A DNA stretch of 64,000 nucleotides from a virus, in IMG/VR virus record IMGVR_UViG_3300049436_000052, positions 32,001 to 96,000 of that record. One strand, given 5' to 3'. Shown here one piece after another: positions 62,503 to 64,000 of the stretch (its first letter is position 1; each line of letters begins with the position of its first letter). The notes below the pieces were generated by a model that had not been told where the DNA came from, did not search any database, and saw only the letters and a program-made list of their open reading frames with translations. The translations under genes and the position numbers were made by a program.

Positions 62503-64000
62503 ATGAAAAATAAAATAATAGTAATATTTTCTTCACATTTAGGTAATGAAGAAAATAATAAATTTATTAAACATATTCATGACACCATTGGTATTAAACA
62601 TGAAATTTATTGTTATGAGAATTACAACCAATATTCATTATCTGAAATTTATAATAAAGCGATAGATGAACACTATACTAAAGATTCGATAATAGTATTG
62701 ATTCACAATGATTTAATAATTAAAACAAATCAATGGGGTAAGATTCTATTAAAACATTTTAATAACAGTGATTATGGTATAATTGGTTTAGCTGGCACTA
62801 CCTATCTTGATAAAGATAGTGGGGTTTGGTGGTCAGACAAATCAAAAATGGTGGGGCAGGTAAGTCATACGAATGGCATTAGTGAATGGGTTTCTGAATA
62901 TTCTAATCCTATAAAGGGTATTCAACCAGTAGTAAATGTTGATGGGGTTTTTATTGCTGTTGATTGTGATAAAATTGTTCATAAATTCGATGAGAACTAT
63001 GGTAAATTTCATTTTTACGATTTGTCGTTTTCTGTAAAAAATTTTTTACAAAATGTAAATGTTGGAGTAATTAGTGACATACATATTTTACATAAATCTG
63101 TTGGTCGTACAAATGAGGAATGGGAATTAAACAGACAAAAGTTTGCTGAAGAATATAAGGATGAGTTACCAATAAGATATGTTCCAGAAAATGGAAAATT
63201 AAGAATATTAATTTGTTGTCAATTTTTTTGTAATTATACTGGTTCAGAAATGAGTGTTTTTGAAACGGCAAAAGAATTGGTTAAAATGGGAAATGAAGTA
63301 ACAATTATTTCAGTAGTTGTTGGAGAACCATTACTATCTAAAGCAAAAAAATGTGGGATAGATGTTTATTCTATAAATAATCCACCAAATTTTATTTTAA
63401 ACGAAAATAAAGAATTTCAATTCATAAAAAACGAAAAAGAATTTGACATAATACATATCAATCATAAGCCCATCGGAGATCTTGTGCTTCAATTATATAT
63501 TAACACCCCTGCTGTTATGCATGTACGAAGTGAAGTTATCCCAGTTTATGAAGAACCGATAATTCATCTAAATATTTTAAGATATATATCAATTAGAGAA
63601 TCAATTACAGAGTATATAAAATCTTTTGGAATCGAAGAAGAAAAAATTGTTTTAATAGATAATCCATTTGATGTTAATCGTTTCAATACCAATAATAATA
63701 TTTCTTTATATAAGCAAGGAAAAAATCCTAAAGAAATTGTTTTATTTATTGGAACATTAGATCATTTGAGAAAAAATATTTTACATGATTTGAATAGCAT
63801 GACATTTGAAAATAATCAGGAATTATGGATAATAGGTGCAGATAATAATGATTATGTTAAAGAATTTACATCAAAATCGCATATAAAATATTTAGGTATT
63901 AAATCCAATGTTGAAGAATTTATTAAAAAATGTGATTATACGGCAGGTATATTTAAAGGTAGAACAACTATTGAAGGTTTTCTTTGTGGCAAATCTGGAT
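62503..64000 (+). CDS. Two-domain glycosyltransferase (GT2-like + GT4-like), runs off window end
   Basis: Not in ORF track (no stop before the edge). SLSEIYNKAI..IVLIHND..GIIGLAG..VDGVF..FHFYD, then RILI......TGSE.SVFE.AKELVK.GNEV. Confidence 0.8.
   Translation, partial: MKNKIIVIFSSHLGNEENNKFIKHIHDTIGIKHEIYCYENYNQYSLSEIYNKAIDEHYTKDSIIVLIHNDLIIKTNQWGKILLKHFNNSDYGIIGLAGTTYLDKDSGVWWSDKSKMVGQVSHTNGISEWVSEYSNPIKGIQPVVNVDGVFIAVDCDKIVHKFDENYGKFHFYDLSFSVKNFLQNVNVGVISDIHILHKSVGRTNEEWELNRQKFAEEYKDELPIRYVPENGKLRILICCQFFCNYTGSEMSVFETAKELVKMGNEVTIISVVVGEPLLSKAKKCGIDVYSINNPPNFILNENKEFQFIKNEKEFDIIHINHKPIGDLVLQLYINTPAVMHVRSEVIPVYEEPIIHLNILRYISIRESITEYIKSFGIEEEKIVLIDNPFDVNRFNTNNNISLYKQGKNPKEIVLFIGTLDHLRKNILHDLNSMTFENNQELWIIGADNNDYVKEFTSKSHIKYLGIKSNVEEFIKKCDYTAGIFKGRTTIEGFLCGKSG

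Noticed and set aside
1-64000. Genome-wide TAG or TGA stop-codon reassignment
   Set aside because: Long genes are intact in the standard code, and capsid, tube and neck genes end at TAG at expected positions; only one suspicious amber (near 24813)

Overview
64 kb of a very AT-rich, large T4-like myovirus genome. The host is most likely Bacteroidota, judged from TTG-N18/20-TAnnTTTG promoters, SD-less A-rich starts and accessory gene families I associate with Flavobacteria phages. Morphogenesis genes are scattered singly or in small groups between minus-strand blocks of small accessory ORFs: scaffold, gp23 capsid, neck/head completion, tail completion, sheath, tube, spike, tail chaperone with a -1 frameshift, tape measure and baseplate. 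Nearly every island is preceded by a (G/C)TATTTAT box, and a gp55-like sigma factor is encoded in the window. Also present: three homing endonucleases directly after the capsid, sheath and tube genes; glycosyltransferases and methyltransferases; an RNA ligase; a DHH phosphoesterase; and a candidate origin with 8x13-bp repeats. Most notable is a run of integron-attC-like imperfect hairpins at 47.65-49.15 kb (relics at 8.8-9.3 and 16.1-16.2 kb). Each site's GTT flank complements the NEXT site's AAC flank, and each cassette ORF starts inside a hairpin loop, suggesting a gene-cassette array in a phage. No integrase is visible in the window. All product calls come from motif recognition by eye, not database searches.
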